Shown: one piece after another, positions 27,980-38,639 of the stretch | Numbering within the stretch: the first letter of the stretch is position 1 | How the letters are laid out: the number at the start of each line of letters is the position of its first letter | From: a virus | Strand: one strand, 5' to 3' | DNA length: 64,000 bases | Virus record (IMG/VR): IMGVR_UViG_3300023109_003600 | Location: 1-64,000 of that record | Notes under the pieces: model-generated | What the model was told of the DNA's origin: nothing | The model's database searches: none | Seen by the model: the letters and a program-made list of their open reading frames with translations, nothing else | Program-made: the position numbers and the translations under genes

Positions 27980-29323
27980 ATGATACTATCAATAATAACA
28001 GTCATAACAGCCTTATGTATTTCCATTACGGCTGCATATTTTAGCATAATCGGCCTAGCAACCATGTTCCCTGGAGCAGAAGGAGCCATAATACTAATGG
28101 GTTCAGTGCTAGAAATAGGAAAAATCATTGCTGCGCTATGGCTTCATGGAAAATGGGACTCGTTATCCAAGGTAGTAAGATTATACCTAATAGCTTCAGT
28201 ATTCGTATTGATGTTTATAACCAGTATGGGAATATTTGGATTCTTAAGTAAAGCCTATGTCGTTCATGAAGCTAAGGCAGATAAAGAAGCCGCTAAATTA
28301 AGTCAAATAGAGAATAAAATCGAAAGGCAACAATTTATTATCGCTGACGCGCAAAAAATTATTGATTCTCGAAGAGATCAATCAGAAAACACCACAGATA
28401 AAATAGCCGTTTTCATAAAGCAAGAAGAAGAAAGAATCTCAAAATTAAATAATATCTCAAAAGAATCTATCATACAAGAAGAATCAAACATAAAGAGATG
28501 GAGAACAGAATTCCAAACATTAAATAAAAAAATATCTGACTTAGAAAGTAAAAACGGTTTATTCTCTAATAACAAAAAGAAGATAGAGGCAGAGAAAATA
28601 ATCCAAGCGCCAATAATAGAAGAATTAAATAAAAAAATATCATCAGCAGAAGACTCTATTCAGGAAATAAAAACCACAAACCAAAGCAATATAAAAGAAA
28701 TTACAGATAAAATCAAAGAACTTCAAAATTCAATCATAGAAAGAACAACAGGTCAAGGCGAAGACATTAATAAAGCTCAGCAAAAAATAGATAATGCCCA
28801 AGAAGCAATTGACAAATTATCATTAGATAAGTTTGACTATGAAAATTCATCCAGAGAACTAGAGGTTGAAGTTGGGCCAGTAAAATACATTGTAGAAATG
28901 ATAGGTGATTTTTTCGACAAAACTGTATCTCTCGGAACAGCAATAAGGTTTGTAATAATATGTTTAATCTTTGTATTCGATCCTCTAGCTGTAGTACTTA
29001 TAGTAATCTCTGTTCACGGACTAACATCCTCCTACGGAAAAATTAAAAAAGCAACAGCATTAGAACAAGAGATAGAGCGGGCAGAAGAAAAATTAAAATC
29101 TCTAGAGCTAGATTATAAAAAACACATCGATCAAGCAAGCGACTATATGACCGAGCAAAATGAAAACTTGAAATCTACGCAACATAAAGAACTTGATCAA
29201 ATCGAGAAAGATATAATCAAAAGAAAAAACAAGCTCGAACAAGAAATTAAAAAACTAAAAGAATTAAACAAAAAATCGGATACATCAAAAAAAGGTGCGG
29301 GAAGAAACCATTGGAATCAGTAA
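27980..29323 (+). CDS. Membrane protein with long coiled coil
   Basis: Three N-terminal TM helices (AAYFSIIGL, LEIGK, TSMGIFGFLSKA), heptad-rich middle, C-terminal TM FVFDPLAV; GTGTA 9 nt upstream. Confidence 0.8.
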   Translation: MILSIITVITALCISITAAYFSIIGLATMFPGAEGAIILMGSVLEIGKIIAALWLHGKWDSLSKVVRLYLIASVFVLMFITSMGIFGFLSKAYVVHEAKADKEAAKLSQIENKIERQQFIIADAQKIIDSRRDQSENTTDKIAVFIKQEEERISKLNNISKESIIQEESNIKRWRTEFQTLNKKISDLESKNGLFSNNKKKIEAEKIIQAPIIEELNKKISSAEDSIQEIKTTNQSNIKEITDKIKELQNSIIERTTGQGEDINKAQQKIDNAQEAIDKLSLDKFDYENSSRELEVEVGPVKYIVEMIGDFFDKTVSLGTAIRFVIICLIFVFDPLAVVLIVISVHGLTSSYGKIKKATALEQEIERAEEKLKSLELDYKKHIDQASDYMTEQNENLKSTQHKELDQIEKDIIKRKNKLEQEIKKLKELNKKSDTSKKGAGRNHWNQ

Positions 29324-29330
29324 TAACTTC

Positions 29331-29359
29331 TTGACATTGCGCGCAATTTACCCTATATT
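29331..29359 (+). promoter_or_regulatory. Sigma70-type promoter of recombination/replication operon (leaderless GTG start)
   Basis: TTGACA-N17-TATATT, GTG 6 nt later at 29366. Confidence 0.75.
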
Positions 29360-29365
29360 ATTAGG

Positions 29366-29695
29366 GTGAAGTTGAATAAAAAAAATATTATTACTAACCT
29401 AGTTATAGTACCCAAAGCGCAAAAAAGACCTTTTTGGGCAAGAGAAATGAAAATGCTCAACAACTTATTAATTGAGTTTAATAATGATAGCTTTTGGGAA
29501 ACTCTATCCTTCCAAACTAAATACGATAGCCTAGCATTTTTTATTTCAGAATATGGAAAAAAAATCTTAAAAAAAAGATTCAACGAGTATAATTATAAAG
29601 TACCAAATAAACCAAAACCAAAAATGGGAGACAAGGTAGGAGAGGATAAGAGCTTCGACGAACCTCCTTTAACAATAAGACAATTTTTAAAATGA
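29366..29695 (+). CDS. Hypothetical protein
   Basis: 109 aa ORF, ATGA overlap with recA. Confidence 0.7.
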   Translation: MKLNKKNIITNLVIVPKAQKRPFWAREMKMLNNLLIEFNNDSFWETLSFQTKYDSLAFFISEYGKKILKKRFNEYNYKVPNKPKPKMGDKVGEDKSFDEPPLTIRQFLK

Positions 29696-30783
29696 GCGGA
29701 ACAATAGAACTAATAGACGATTTTTTAAACGCGAAAGAAAATAAAAAATTCCACTTCAATCATCACGAAGAATTAAATTATAAGATTCCTAGTGGGAGCT
29801 TAAACTTAGACCTAGCGCTCGACGGAGGTTTGCCTGCTGGGGTTCATAGATTTACAGGGATTAACGAAGGTGGAAAAACCAGTTGCGCTATGATGTTTGC
29901 CAGAAACTTTCAAAAACTATTCCCAAAGGATGGCATGGTTGTTTACATCAGAAGTGAGGGTAGGCTCTCCCCAGAGTCGCTTAAGCGCTCAGGTATAGAC
30001 ATTAGTAAAGAAAAGTTTTTCGTGTTTGATTGTAATGTGTTCGAGAAGGTGTTTGAGTTAATTAGAATGCTTGTCTCGGAAAATAAAGATAATAAAAAAT
30101 TCTTTTTTATCATAGATAGCGTCGATGCTTTATGCAGGGAAAACGATTACCACAAACCTTTCGTAGAGAGCGAGCAAGTAGCAGGAGGAGCTTTAATTAC
30201 TTCTGTATTTTTAAAGAAAATGGTTTTACCTATCATGAAGTCAAACCACGTCATGATCTTAACCTCTCAAGTCAGGATTGAAGTATCCTCTAACCCTTAC
30301 GCATCAAGAGGTGGACCAAAAACAAAGCAAGCGGGGGGAAATGCAGTAAAGCATTATGCTAATTATATCCTAGAGTTTGAAGAAAGATATACTAATGATA
30401 TAATTTGGGAAAATCCATCTGCATCAAGAATAGATGAAAAAGGAAACCCAATAGGTCATATATGTAAAATTAAATTTAGGAAAAGTATTAACGAAAAAAC
30501 AAATGCATCAGTTAGGTACCCAATTAGATATGGCATGACAGACGGAAAGAGCATATGGGTAGAGAAAGAACTGCTTGACATGCTAAGAATATGGGGTCTG
30601 ATAGAACAAAAAGGTTCTTGGATAAACCTTGATAAAGATTTATTAGTCGCAGCTAAAGATAAAAAAATTGAACTTCCAGAAAAAATACAGGGAGAACAAA
30701 AATTAGTAAACCTTATAGAAGAAGACAATAAAGTACAAGACTTCTTGCTTAAATTTATAAATAATTTAATTTCAAGCATTTAA
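29692..30783 (+). CDS. recA: RecA/UvsX-like recombinase
   Basis: IPSGSLNLDLALDGGLP, GINEGGKT (Walker A), IIDSV (Walker B), SQVR, GGNAVKHYA. Confidence 0.9.
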   Translation: MSGTIELIDDFLNAKENKKFHFNHHEELNYKIPSGSLNLDLALDGGLPAGVHRFTGINEGGKTSCAMMFARNFQKLFPKDGMVVYIRSEGRLSPESLKRSGIDISKEKFFVFDCNVFEKVFELIRMLVSENKDNKKFFFIIDSVDALCRENDYHKPFVESEQVAGGALITSVFLKKMVLPIMKSNHVMILTSQVRIEVSSNPYASRGGPKTKQAGGNAVKHYANYILEFEERYTNDIIWENPSASRIDEKGNPIGHICKIKFRKSINEKTNASVRYPIRYGMTDGKSIWVEKELLDMLRIWGLIEQKGSWINLDKDLLVAAKDKKIELPEKIQGEQKLVNLIEEDNKVQDFLLKFINNLISSI

Positions 30784-31196
30784 TGAAGTTTAAGACTATT
30801 CATGGCGCAATAAGATCTGTTAAAAAACCTCAAAAGTATTTAATTGAATGGGAAGGAAAAAGCTTGAGCAAGTTTCAGTTTTCCGTCAAAGAGTTCTTGT
30901 ATTCATTCTGGAACTCTCATGTAGTTTTTGAGGAATTTCCAATAGCGGGAACAAAATTAAGTCTTGACTTCTTTAATGCTTCTAAGAATATAGCAATAGA
31001 AGTGCAAGGGCAACAACATACAAAATACACCCCGTTCTTTCATAATAATAACAAAGCAAATTTTATTTCTCAACTAAAAAGAGATAAAGACAAACTATTT
31101 TTCTGCGAAATCAACGATATAAAATTAATCGAAATCTATCCAGAAGACAAAATAAATAAACAACTATTTAAAAAACAAGGTGTAATATTAATATGA
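30783..31196 (+). CDS. Vsr/DUF559-like PD-(D/E)XK endonuclease
   Basis: EEFP, LDFF, AIEVQGQQH, RDKDK...C..NDI.LIEI. Confidence 0.75.
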   Translation: MKFKTIHGAIRSVKKPQKYLIEWEGKSLSKFQFSVKEFLYSFWNSHVVFEEFPIAGTKLSLDFFNASKNIAIEVQGQQHTKYTPFFHNNNKANFISQLKRDKDKLFFCEINDIKLIEIYPEDKINKQLFKKQGVILI

Positions 31197-31462
31197 GTAA
31201 AGATAATTTTGACCCAGACGAATTTGATCCAGAAAAAATTGAAGAATTTGCAATACCTACAAGCTTGCTTGAAAGGTTGTACGACTTCACAGGATCAAGC
31301 ACAAAAGACCGAGGATTTTGCTTATCATATGTAACCCAAGGCGGAGAAGTCATGGTTATACATAAAGCAGATAGCCAAATCATAGACCTAGGATTAAGAA
31401 AAGGTCTAGAAAGATACCTTATAGATTTAGAAGAAAGCGAAGGTGGGGGTCTAGAAGGTTAA
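31193..31462 (+). CDS. Hypothetical acidic protein
   Basis: 89 aa ORF; GTGTA 8 nt upstream. Confidence 0.7.
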   Translation: MSKDNFDPDEFDPEKIEEFAIPTSLLERLYDFTGSSTKDRGFCLSYVTQGGEVMVIHKADSQIIDLGLRKGLERYLIDLEESEGGGLEG

Positions 31463-31469
31463 TATACCC

Positions 31470-31498
31470 TTGACTTTTTAAGAAGTATTTGGTATATT
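31470..31498 (+). promoter_or_regulatory. Sigma70-type promoter
   Basis: TTGACT-N17-TATATT before ATG 31507. Confidence 0.7.
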
Positions 31499-31506
31499 AC
31501 TTCTTA

Positions 31507-33021
31507 ATGATATTTTCACACGAACTCGAGCAACATTTATTAGCGGGTATACTTAAATACCCAGACAGTTTTTTTCAAATATCTAATTTCATACAAGAAG
31601 ATGACTTTAGAGCTAGCGACGAAGGACTGAACAAAACAATCTTCAAGATACTAAAGCAATGTATCGAAGCTGGAGATGCGGTTGATGACATACTAATCGC
31701 CCAAAGAGTAAAGGACTTAAAGATTAGTTTCGCAAACAAGATTAATCCTACAGACTTCATAAAATCTTTATCCATGAGGAAAATATCGGAATCATCCATC
31801 GTGGACATAGCGAAAGACCTGAAAAAATTCACAGTTAGGAATGAAATACTCAATTCGGCGCTAAATGTGGCGAACTCCATGAAGAAGATAAGCACTTCTT
31901 CAACATTCGATGACATTATTGATACTGCAGATTCGAAATATAACTCCAGAATAGATTTATATTTTAGAAAAAGTCAGACTCCAGAGAATATCTTCGATAA
32001 AATGGAGCAAATAATAGAAGAGAGAGGTAATAACCCTCAGACCGAATTCGGATTAATGGGTCCACACAAGAGTATCAATAACCTATATGGGTCCCTATTA
32101 AGGCCAGGAAATATCACTGTTATAGTTTCTAGATCTGGAGTAGGGAAAACCACGTTCTGTTTGGATTACTGCACTAAGGTTTCACTCAAATATGATAACG
32201 TTCCAGTTCTTCATTTTGATAATGGAGAAATGAGCGAAGAAGAAATAATGATGAGGCAGTGCGCTGCCCTATCTGGAGTGCCAATGCATTATCTTGAGAC
32301 TGGCTCTTGGAGACAGAATCCAGAATTTGTAGATAAAGTAAGGAAAGTTTGGCCTCAAGTAAAGAATATGAAATTATATTATTACAACGTAGCAGGCCAG
32401 TCGGTCGACCAAATGATAAATACAATGCGTAGATTCTATTTTTCTAAAGTGGGCAGGGGAAATAAAATGATATTTAGTTTCGATTACATAAAAACAACAT
32501 CAGAGCAAAACAGCAACAACTTGTCGCACTGGCAGTTAGTAGGAGATATGGTAACAAAATTTAAAAATTTCATTCAAGACGAAATAGTATTTGAAGATGG
32601 TCCAGTAATAGGAATGCTCACTAGCGTCCAATCAAATAGGTTGGGTATAACCAATAATAGGAATTCAGAAAATGTTGTTGACGACGAAAGCATAGTTTCG
32701 CTTTCAGATCAAATCACTCAATTCAGCTCTCACTTATTTTCCTTAAGAAAAAAGACAATTGATGAACTAGCAGAAGATCCAGAGGGTTTTGGCACACACA
32801 AATTAATATGCTTTAAGAATAGGTTTTTAGGGGAGGACGCACAAAGAGCTTTAAACGAAGTAGAGCTTCCTGACGGAAGAAAAAAGAAGAACTATATCAA
32901 CCTAGAGCTTAATAATTTTGACATTAAAGACGTAGGAGATCTGAAGGATATGGTAGACTATCAAAATTCTAGCAATGTATCATTAGCTTCTAACGACGAA
33001 GAGTTTTCTCTCGACTTATGA
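31507..33021 (+). CDS. dnaB: Replicative DnaB-like helicase
   Basis: EQHLLAGIL N-domain; SRSGVGKT, NGEMS, FDYI, VQSNR, SDQI, KNR. Confidence 0.9.
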   Translation: MIFSHELEQHLLAGILKYPDSFFQISNFIQEDDFRASDEGLNKTIFKILKQCIEAGDAVDDILIAQRVKDLKISFANKINPTDFIKSLSMRKISESSIVDIAKDLKKFTVRNEILNSALNVANSMKKISTSSTFDDIIDTADSKYNSRIDLYFRKSQTPENIFDKMEQIIEERGNNPQTEFGLMGPHKSINNLYGSLLRPGNITVIVSRSGVGKTTFCLDYCTKVSLKYDNVPVLHFDNGEMSEEEIMMRQCAALSGVPMHYLETGSWRQNPEFVDKVRKVWPQVKNMKLYYYNVAGQSVDQMINTMRRFYFSKVGRGNKMIFSFDYIKTTSEQNSNNLSHWQLVGDMVTKFKNFIQDEIVFEDGPVIGMLTSVQSNRLGITNNRNSENVVDDESIVSLSDQITQFSSHLFSLRKKTIDELAEDPEGFGTHKLICFKNRFLGEDAQRALNEVELPDGRKKKNYINLELNNFDIKDVGDLKDMVDYQNSSNVSLASNDEEFSLDL

Positions 33022-34040
33022 GTTCAGAGAAAACAGATGTAGATTTTGAATCAATTCTTGAAACACTTGGTTATAACTTAAACGATAGGGGTGAATACTG
33101 GCAAACTTCAGCTCTCTTTAGAGATGGAGATAACCCTACAGCTATACAAATTTATAAAAACTCAGGGGTATGGAAAGATTATGTAGAAGATTCAGGTTTT
33201 TTGCCATTCTCGGCCTTAGTTAAAAAAAGCAATCATGATTTATCCCAAGAAGAGTTAAAATCCATACTCAACAACGAAGAAACCAATGAAGCATTCATTA
33301 ATAAGCAAATATCTTCTTTCTCTTTTGAAGATATTTATAGCGACCTATGTCTTAATGACCTATTACCTCATTATAAATTTTATGAATCAAAAGGAGTTTC
33401 AAAAGATTTATTACAAGAAATTAGCTCAGGGCTGGCAACCAAAGGGCAAATGTATCAGAGATATGTATTCCCAATTAGAAATGAATACAAACAGATTCAT
33501 GGTTTCGCAGGAAGAGATATGTCAAATAAAGATGGTAGACCTAAATGGAAACACGTGGGGAAAAAAAGCAATTGGATTTACCCGCATTTTAATCTAAAAA
33601 ACAAAGGCTACTCTCAAGTTTTACTAGTAGAGAGCGTGGGAGATATGTTATCAATAAAAACTAATTCGAGTCATGATTGCCTAGTGACTTTCGGCTTGGA
33701 TGTCTCTCCAGCATTAATAACTTTTTTAATTTCAATAAACCCGCAAAAGATTATTCTTTCATTCAATAATGACTCTGAGTCTTCCAGCAATAGAGGTCTG
33801 CACGGCTCAATTAAAAATTACCTCAAATTATTATCCTACTTCGATCAATCTAAAATTAAAATTTGCTTACCAACAAAAAATGACTTCGGAGACATGGACA
33901 AAGAAGACTACAATAGCTTTAATAATAAGCTCGAAAACATTTTTGATAAAGATCAAAGACCTTATATAATTAAGTACTGCAAGAACAATAGCGGTTTCTC
34001 AAAAGCGTTGCTAAATAATTTAAAAAAAACTTTAACATGA
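33018..34040 (+). CDS. dnaG: DnaG-like TOPRIM primase
   Basis: FRDGDNP, YVFPI...GFAGR, KW, LVESVGD, FNND, NDFGDM. Confidence 0.8.
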   Translation: MSSEKTDVDFESILETLGYNLNDRGEYWQTSALFRDGDNPTAIQIYKNSGVWKDYVEDSGFLPFSALVKKSNHDLSQEELKSILNNEETNEAFINKQISSFSFEDIYSDLCLNDLLPHYKFYESKGVSKDLLQEISSGLATKGQMYQRYVFPIRNEYKQIHGFAGRDMSNKDGRPKWKHVGKKSNWIYPHFNLKNKGYSQVLLVESVGDMLSIKTNSSHDCLVTFGLDVSPALITFLISINPQKIILSFNNDSESSSNRGLHGSIKNYLKLLSYFDQSKIKICLPTKNDFGDMDKEDYNSFNNKLENIFDKDQRPYIIKYCKNNSGFSKALLNNLKKTLT

Positions 34041-35092
34041 AAAAAGAAATGTCTCCACTCTCAGCGAGCAAAATTAAAACTTTACAAAGTTGTTCTTGGT
34101 CCTACTGGTGCAACTACCACTTAAAACTTCCAGACATTTCCAACGATGGAGCTTCAAGAGGAACAGTCTGTCACCAACTTTTTGAATGCTTAGGTAATCC
34201 AAGGCACAAAAAACACTATAACTCTATAATTAAAAGCGGAACAATTTGGAAGAATAAAGCGATAAGTAGATACATTAAAACTTTATCTAAGTCGCTAGAT
34301 GTAGATGATGAAGAAAATTTAACCTTAATTAACGATATGATTTTAAACGGATTAAGGTATGATTTTTTTGGAGATACAAGCAAAAAACCGTCAGAAGCAA
34401 TCTCAGAGAAATCTTTTTTAATAAAAGAAGATTCAGAAAACTTCAAGTATTCTATTAGAGGTTTTATCGATAAATTATTTTTGTATAAAAAGCAATCTCT
34501 GGCAATAATAAGAGACTTTAAAACAAGTAAAAAAGTTTTTGTAGGAAAGGATATTACCGATAACCTTCAAGCTTTAATGTATACTCTTGCTGTAAGTAAG
34601 TTGTACCCCAAAATTAAAAACAGAGACGCTGAGTTCTTATTTCTGAAATTCAACTTAGATAATGATATGCTAGGAGAAACTGGAGAAGGGGTTGTTAATA
34701 TATCAAACATTAGAGAAGCGGAACTCAAAGGTTTTGAATTTTTCTTGACTGAAATCCAGCAGGTAGTAGATAATTTTACGGAGGAAAATGCGAAATCCAA
34801 CCTTGCAGCAAAACAAGATTACCCTTCTGATGGAAGTTTTGGAGGCCCCCTATCTTGTGGATTCGCTAAAAAACCAGGGCAACTAAAGAAAGATGGAACA
34901 AAGATGTGGCACTGCCCTTATAAATTTCCGTATAATTATTTTGAATTAACTAACGAGAAAGGAGACTTAATTAAAACATCTATGGAAGAATCAAATCTTA
35001 ATGAATTAAAGAGAGACTCTGATACAATAGTTAAGAAGCACTATAAAGGCTGCCCCCATTGGACCAAACAGCAAGATGAATTTGATTTATGA
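34037..35092 (+). CDS. PD-(D/E)XK nuclease (RecB/AddB/Cas4-like, possible Fe-S)
   Basis: LSASKI...C, RGT..H, RGFIDKL, IRDFKTS, QA.MY, C-terminal cysteines (LSCG, HCPY, GCP). Confidence 0.85.
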   Translation: MKKEMSPLSASKIKTLQSCSWSYWCNYHLKLPDISNDGASRGTVCHQLFECLGNPRHKKHYNSIIKSGTIWKNKAISRYIKTLSKSLDVDDEENLTLINDMILNGLRYDFFGDTSKKPSEAISEKSFLIKEDSENFKYSIRGFIDKLFLYKKQSLAIIRDFKTSKKVFVGKDITDNLQALMYTLAVSKLYPKIKNRDAEFLFLKFNLDNDMLGETGEGVVNISNIREAELKGFEFFLTEIQQVVDNFTEENAKSNLAAKQDYPSDGSFGGPLSCGFAKKPGQLKKDGTKMWHCPYKFPYNYFELTNEKGDLIKTSMEESNLNELKRDSDTIVKKHYKGCPHWTKQQDEFDL

Positions 35093-36093
35093 AGGTTAAT
35101 ATCATAGGTTGTGGTCTTTCTGGAGTCACTGCAGCTATCAAACTAAAAGAAAAAGGTCATAAAGTAGAAATTTTTGAGACAAGAAATCATATAGGAGGAA
35201 ATTGTTACGACCATGAACTTGAAGGGGTTATGGTTCATGAGTATGGATGCCACATTTTTCACACTAGTAACGAAAAAGTATGGGAATTCGTAAATAGATA
35301 CTCTGAATTTAATAATTATGTACATAAAACACGAGCGAATACTAAAGAAGGTTTAATCTCTATACCTTTTAGCAAAAAAACAATAGATCAAATAGGTAAA
35401 GATTTAAATAGCAAAGAAATTATAGATTTAATTTTTAAAGACTATTCAGAAAGACACTGGGGAATACCTTGGGAAAACCTCCCTAAATCAATATCAGGTA
35501 GGATAGCGAATAAAAGAAATAATTATGATGATAGGTATTTTACATCAAAGTACCAAGGCATACCTATAAACGGTTATAGCTCAATGTTTAATGCCATGCT
35601 TGATGGAATTAAAGTAAATTTATCTGTAGACAGGGATGCGTGGAAAAACCTTAAAGGAGATTTAACTATCTGGACCGCACCAATATCTCAATACTTTGAC
35701 TCTCAACTAGGTGAATTACCATATCGATCCTTAAGATTTGTACATAAAAAATCAAAAAGAGATAATGATAAATTTTCTTTTGATCTCGGTGGAGTAATTA
35801 ATGAATGTAATAAAAAACCATTTAATAGAACTTCTGATTCCTCTGTGTTCTTAGATCAACGTCCTGAGTATACTATACTCACAAAAGACTACCCAGAAGA
35901 ATACGTTCCAGGAAAAAATGAGCCCATTTATCCTAAAAATTTCACAGAAGGCGCCGAGCTATATCAAAAATACAAACAGCTCGCTAAAAACAAAAAAGAT
36001 GTGATATTTCTAGGTAGATTAGCAACTTATAAATATATAGATATGCATCAAGCTATAGGCGCAGCATTACAAGTTATTAACAAAATAAATTAG
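35089..36093 (+). CDS. glf: UDP-galactopyranose mutase
   Basis: IIGCGLSG, HIGGNCYD, HEYGCHIFHT, YQGIP..GY, LPYRSL, GRLATYKYIDMHQ. Confidence 0.93.
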   Translation: MKVNIIGCGLSGVTAAIKLKEKGHKVEIFETRNHIGGNCYDHELEGVMVHEYGCHIFHTSNEKVWEFVNRYSEFNNYVHKTRANTKEGLISIPFSKKTIDQIGKDLNSKEIIDLIFKDYSERHWGIPWENLPKSISGRIANKRNNYDDRYFTSKYQGIPINGYSSMFNAMLDGIKVNLSVDRDAWKNLKGDLTIWTAPISQYFDSQLGELPYRSLRFVHKKSKRDNDKFSFDLGGVINECNKKPFNRTSDSSVFLDQRPEYTILTKDYPEEYVPGKNEPIYPKNFTEGAELYQKYKQLAKNKKDVIFLGRLATYKYIDMHQAIGAALQVINKIN

Positions 36094-36094
36094 A

Positions 36095-36125
36095 ACTTGC
36101 AGTACACAAAAATAAGTGTTATACT
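36095..36125 (+). promoter_or_regulatory. Sigma70-type promoter upstream of nrdA (GTGTA motif also at 36174-36178)
   Basis: TTGCAG-N17-TATACT with extended -10 TG. Confidence 0.55.
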
Positions 36126-36187
36126 TATTTCTTTTAACAAATTTAGCAACAAAAAACACAACACAAAATGACCGTGTACAAAGATAA

Positions 36188-38614
36188 ATGACCACCCCCA
36201 TGAACGTAAAAAAAAGAAACGGAAGATTAGAAGATTTTAATGTAGAAAAAATTAATGCATGCGCGCAAAGAGCATGCGAAGGCATAGATCACGTATCAGC
36301 TAGCGAAGTAGTTTTAGATGCCCAATTACAGTTATTTGATAAGATAAAAACTTCTGATATAGATAAAGCATTAATTCTTTCTGCTAGAGAAAAAATAGAA
36401 AAAGAACCAAATTATTCTTTCGCGGCAGCAAGCTTGCTTTTAAACACAGTATACAAGAAAGTATTTAAAGAAGGTGTTGATTCAGACACCTTTAAACTTC
36501 AATACAGAAAAAGCTTTATCCAGAATATTAAAAAACTAGTAAAAGAAGGTTTCTTAAATCCAAAATTATTAGATTACGATTTAGTTAAACTCTCAGAAGC
36601 GTTAAAAATAAGAAGAGATAAGTCTTTTAAATATCTAGGCATACAGATACTTACAGATAGATATTTTATCAGACAAAATGGAAAAATTATGGAAGCTCCA
36701 CAAAGCTTCTGGATGCGTGTATCTATGGGATTAGCTCTTAATGAAGAAAATAAAGAAGAGTGGGCGATAAAATATTACAATCTATTTAGTCAATTTTTAT
36801 ATACCTCATCAACCCCAACCCTTTTCAACAGTGGAACCACACATTCACAACTTAGTTCCTGTTATCTTAATACTTTTGATGACAGTATTGACGGTATCTT
36901 TGACGGAGCTTGGCAAGAAGCTAGAAAATCAAAGTTTGCTGGTGGTCTTGGTCTTGATGTTACCCCTTTTCGTTCTACAGGTTCTCATATTCAGGGAACT
37001 AATGGTATCTCTAGCGGTCTTGTTCCTTGGCTCAAAATATACAACGATCTCTTAGTTGCAGTTAATCAAGGAGGAAAGCGCCCAGGAGCAGGTTGTGCAT
37101 ATCTAGAACCTTGGCACTTAGACTTTGAAGACTTCTTAAACTTAAGAAGAAATACGGGGGATGATCGATTAAGATGCCACGATATGAATACAGCATCTTG
37201 GATTCCTGACGAATTCATGAGGAGAGTAAAAAACCAGCAAGATTGGTATTTCTTCGATCCAAAAGACTCAAAACTACATGATCTATTTGGCAAAGAATTC
37301 GACCATGCTTACAACGAGTTGATAGATTTAGCTGAAAATGGGCGCGTAGATAACTGGCGCAAAATACCAGCAAAAGAACTTTGGAAAAAAATGTTAAAAG
37401 TTCTCTTCGAAACCTCCCACCCTTGGAATACTTTTAAAGACCCGTGCAATATTAGATATACAAACCAACACGAAGGAGTAGTGCATAGTAGTAATCTATG
37501 CACCGAAATTACCCTCCATACAAAAGCATCAAAATATAAAGAAGGTAAAAAAATTAAAACAGGTGAGACGGCTGTCTGTAATTTAGGATCGTTAAACATA
37601 TTAAACCACCTAAAAGAAGATAATACCCTAGATTACGAAAAATTAAAATCAACAATACATACAGCGATCAGGGCTTTAGACAGCGTAGTAGACTTAAATT
37701 TTTACCCTACGGAAGAAGCTGAAAACAGCAATCTTCAGCACAGGCCAATAGGTTTAGGTCTAATGGCATTTCATGATGTCTGTCATAAAATGAACATTAA
37801 CATAGATAGCGAAGAAGCAATTCAGTTTAACGATAAACTTTTTGAATTCTATTCTTACCATGCTATTCTTGCAAGTTCTAAATTAGCAAAAGAAAAAGGT
37901 AAATACCAAACTTTTGAAGGTTCTTTATGGAGTCAAGATAAACTACCTATAGATTCTTACGCAGACTTAATGAAGTATAAGCGCAAAGATTTCGAAACAA
38001 AGACTTCGCTAGACTGGGATGTAGTTCGCAAGAGCATTGCAGAAAATGGAATGCGAAATAGTAATGTTATGGCAATCGCTCCAACAGCTACAATTGGTTA
38101 TATTAATGGAGTTGAACAAAGCATTGAACCAAACTTCTCAGTATTATTTGTATATGAAAACAAAAGTGGAAACTTTTACATCACAAACCCTCATTTCGTT
38201 CAAGATATGAAAGATGCAGGACTCTGGTCTCCTGAAGTTTCTGCCATGGTAAAAAATGCAGATGGAGATTTATCCTTGCTTGGCGAAGTAATACCAGAAA
38301 ACATTATAGATAAGTATAAAACAGCATTCGACAGAGACATGCTTAAATTAATTAAAGCAAACGGAGTTCGCCAAAAATGGATCGACCAAGCGGTAAGTTT
38401 TAATCTTTATAATAAATCTACATCCCTTAAATACTTAAATGACATATATATAGCATGCTGGGAAGAAGGATTAAAAACAACTTATTACCTAAGAAATAGA
38501 GCTGCATCTAAGGTTGAAAAATCCAACACTGATAGTTCGCCTAAAAGCAAAGAAGCTACAGCTTGCAGTATTGAGGCTATGAAAAATGGCGGCGAATGTG
38601 AGAGCTGTCAATGA
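36188..38614 (+). CDS. nrdA: Ribonucleoside-diphosphate reductase class I alpha subunit with ATP cone
   Basis: VKKRNG ATP cone, TPTLFNSG, QLSSC, NQGGKRPGA, SNLCTEI, APTA, KTTYYLR, C-terminal CESCQ. Confidence 0.97.
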   Translation: MTTPMNVKKRNGRLEDFNVEKINACAQRACEGIDHVSASEVVLDAQLQLFDKIKTSDIDKALILSAREKIEKEPNYSFAAASLLLNTVYKKVFKEGVDSDTFKLQYRKSFIQNIKKLVKEGFLNPKLLDYDLVKLSEALKIRRDKSFKYLGIQILTDRYFIRQNGKIMEAPQSFWMRVSMGLALNEENKEEWAIKYYNLFSQFLYTSSTPTLFNSGTTHSQLSSCYLNTFDDSIDGIFDGAWQEARKSKFAGGLGLDVTPFRSTGSHIQGTNGISSGLVPWLKIYNDLLVAVNQGGKRPGAGCAYLEPWHLDFEDFLNLRRNTGDDRLRCHDMNTASWIPDEFMRRVKNQQDWYFFDPKDSKLHDLFGKEFDHAYNELIDLAENGRVDNWRKIPAKELWKKMLKVLFETSHPWNTFKDPCNIRYTNQHEGVVHSSNLCTEITLHTKASKYKEGKKIKTGETAVCNLGSLNILNHLKEDNTLDYEKLKSTIHTAIRALDSVVDLNFYPTEEAENSNLQHRPIGLGLMAFHDVCHKMNINIDSEEAIQFNDKLFEFYSYHAILASSKLAKEKGKYQTFEGSLWSQDKLPIDSYADLMKYKRKDFETKTSLDWDVVRKSIAENGMRNSNVMAIAPTATIGYINGVEQSIEPNFSVLFVYENKSGNFYITNPHFVQDMKDAGLWSPEVSAMVKNADGDLSLLGEVIPENIIDKYKTAFDRDMLKLIKANGVRQKWIDQAVSFNLYNKSTSLKYLNDIYIACWEEGLKTTYYLRNRAASKVEKSNTDSSPKSKEATACSIEAMKNGGECESCQ

Positions 38615-38639
38615 GTAAAAATTCGTGTATATATAATAC

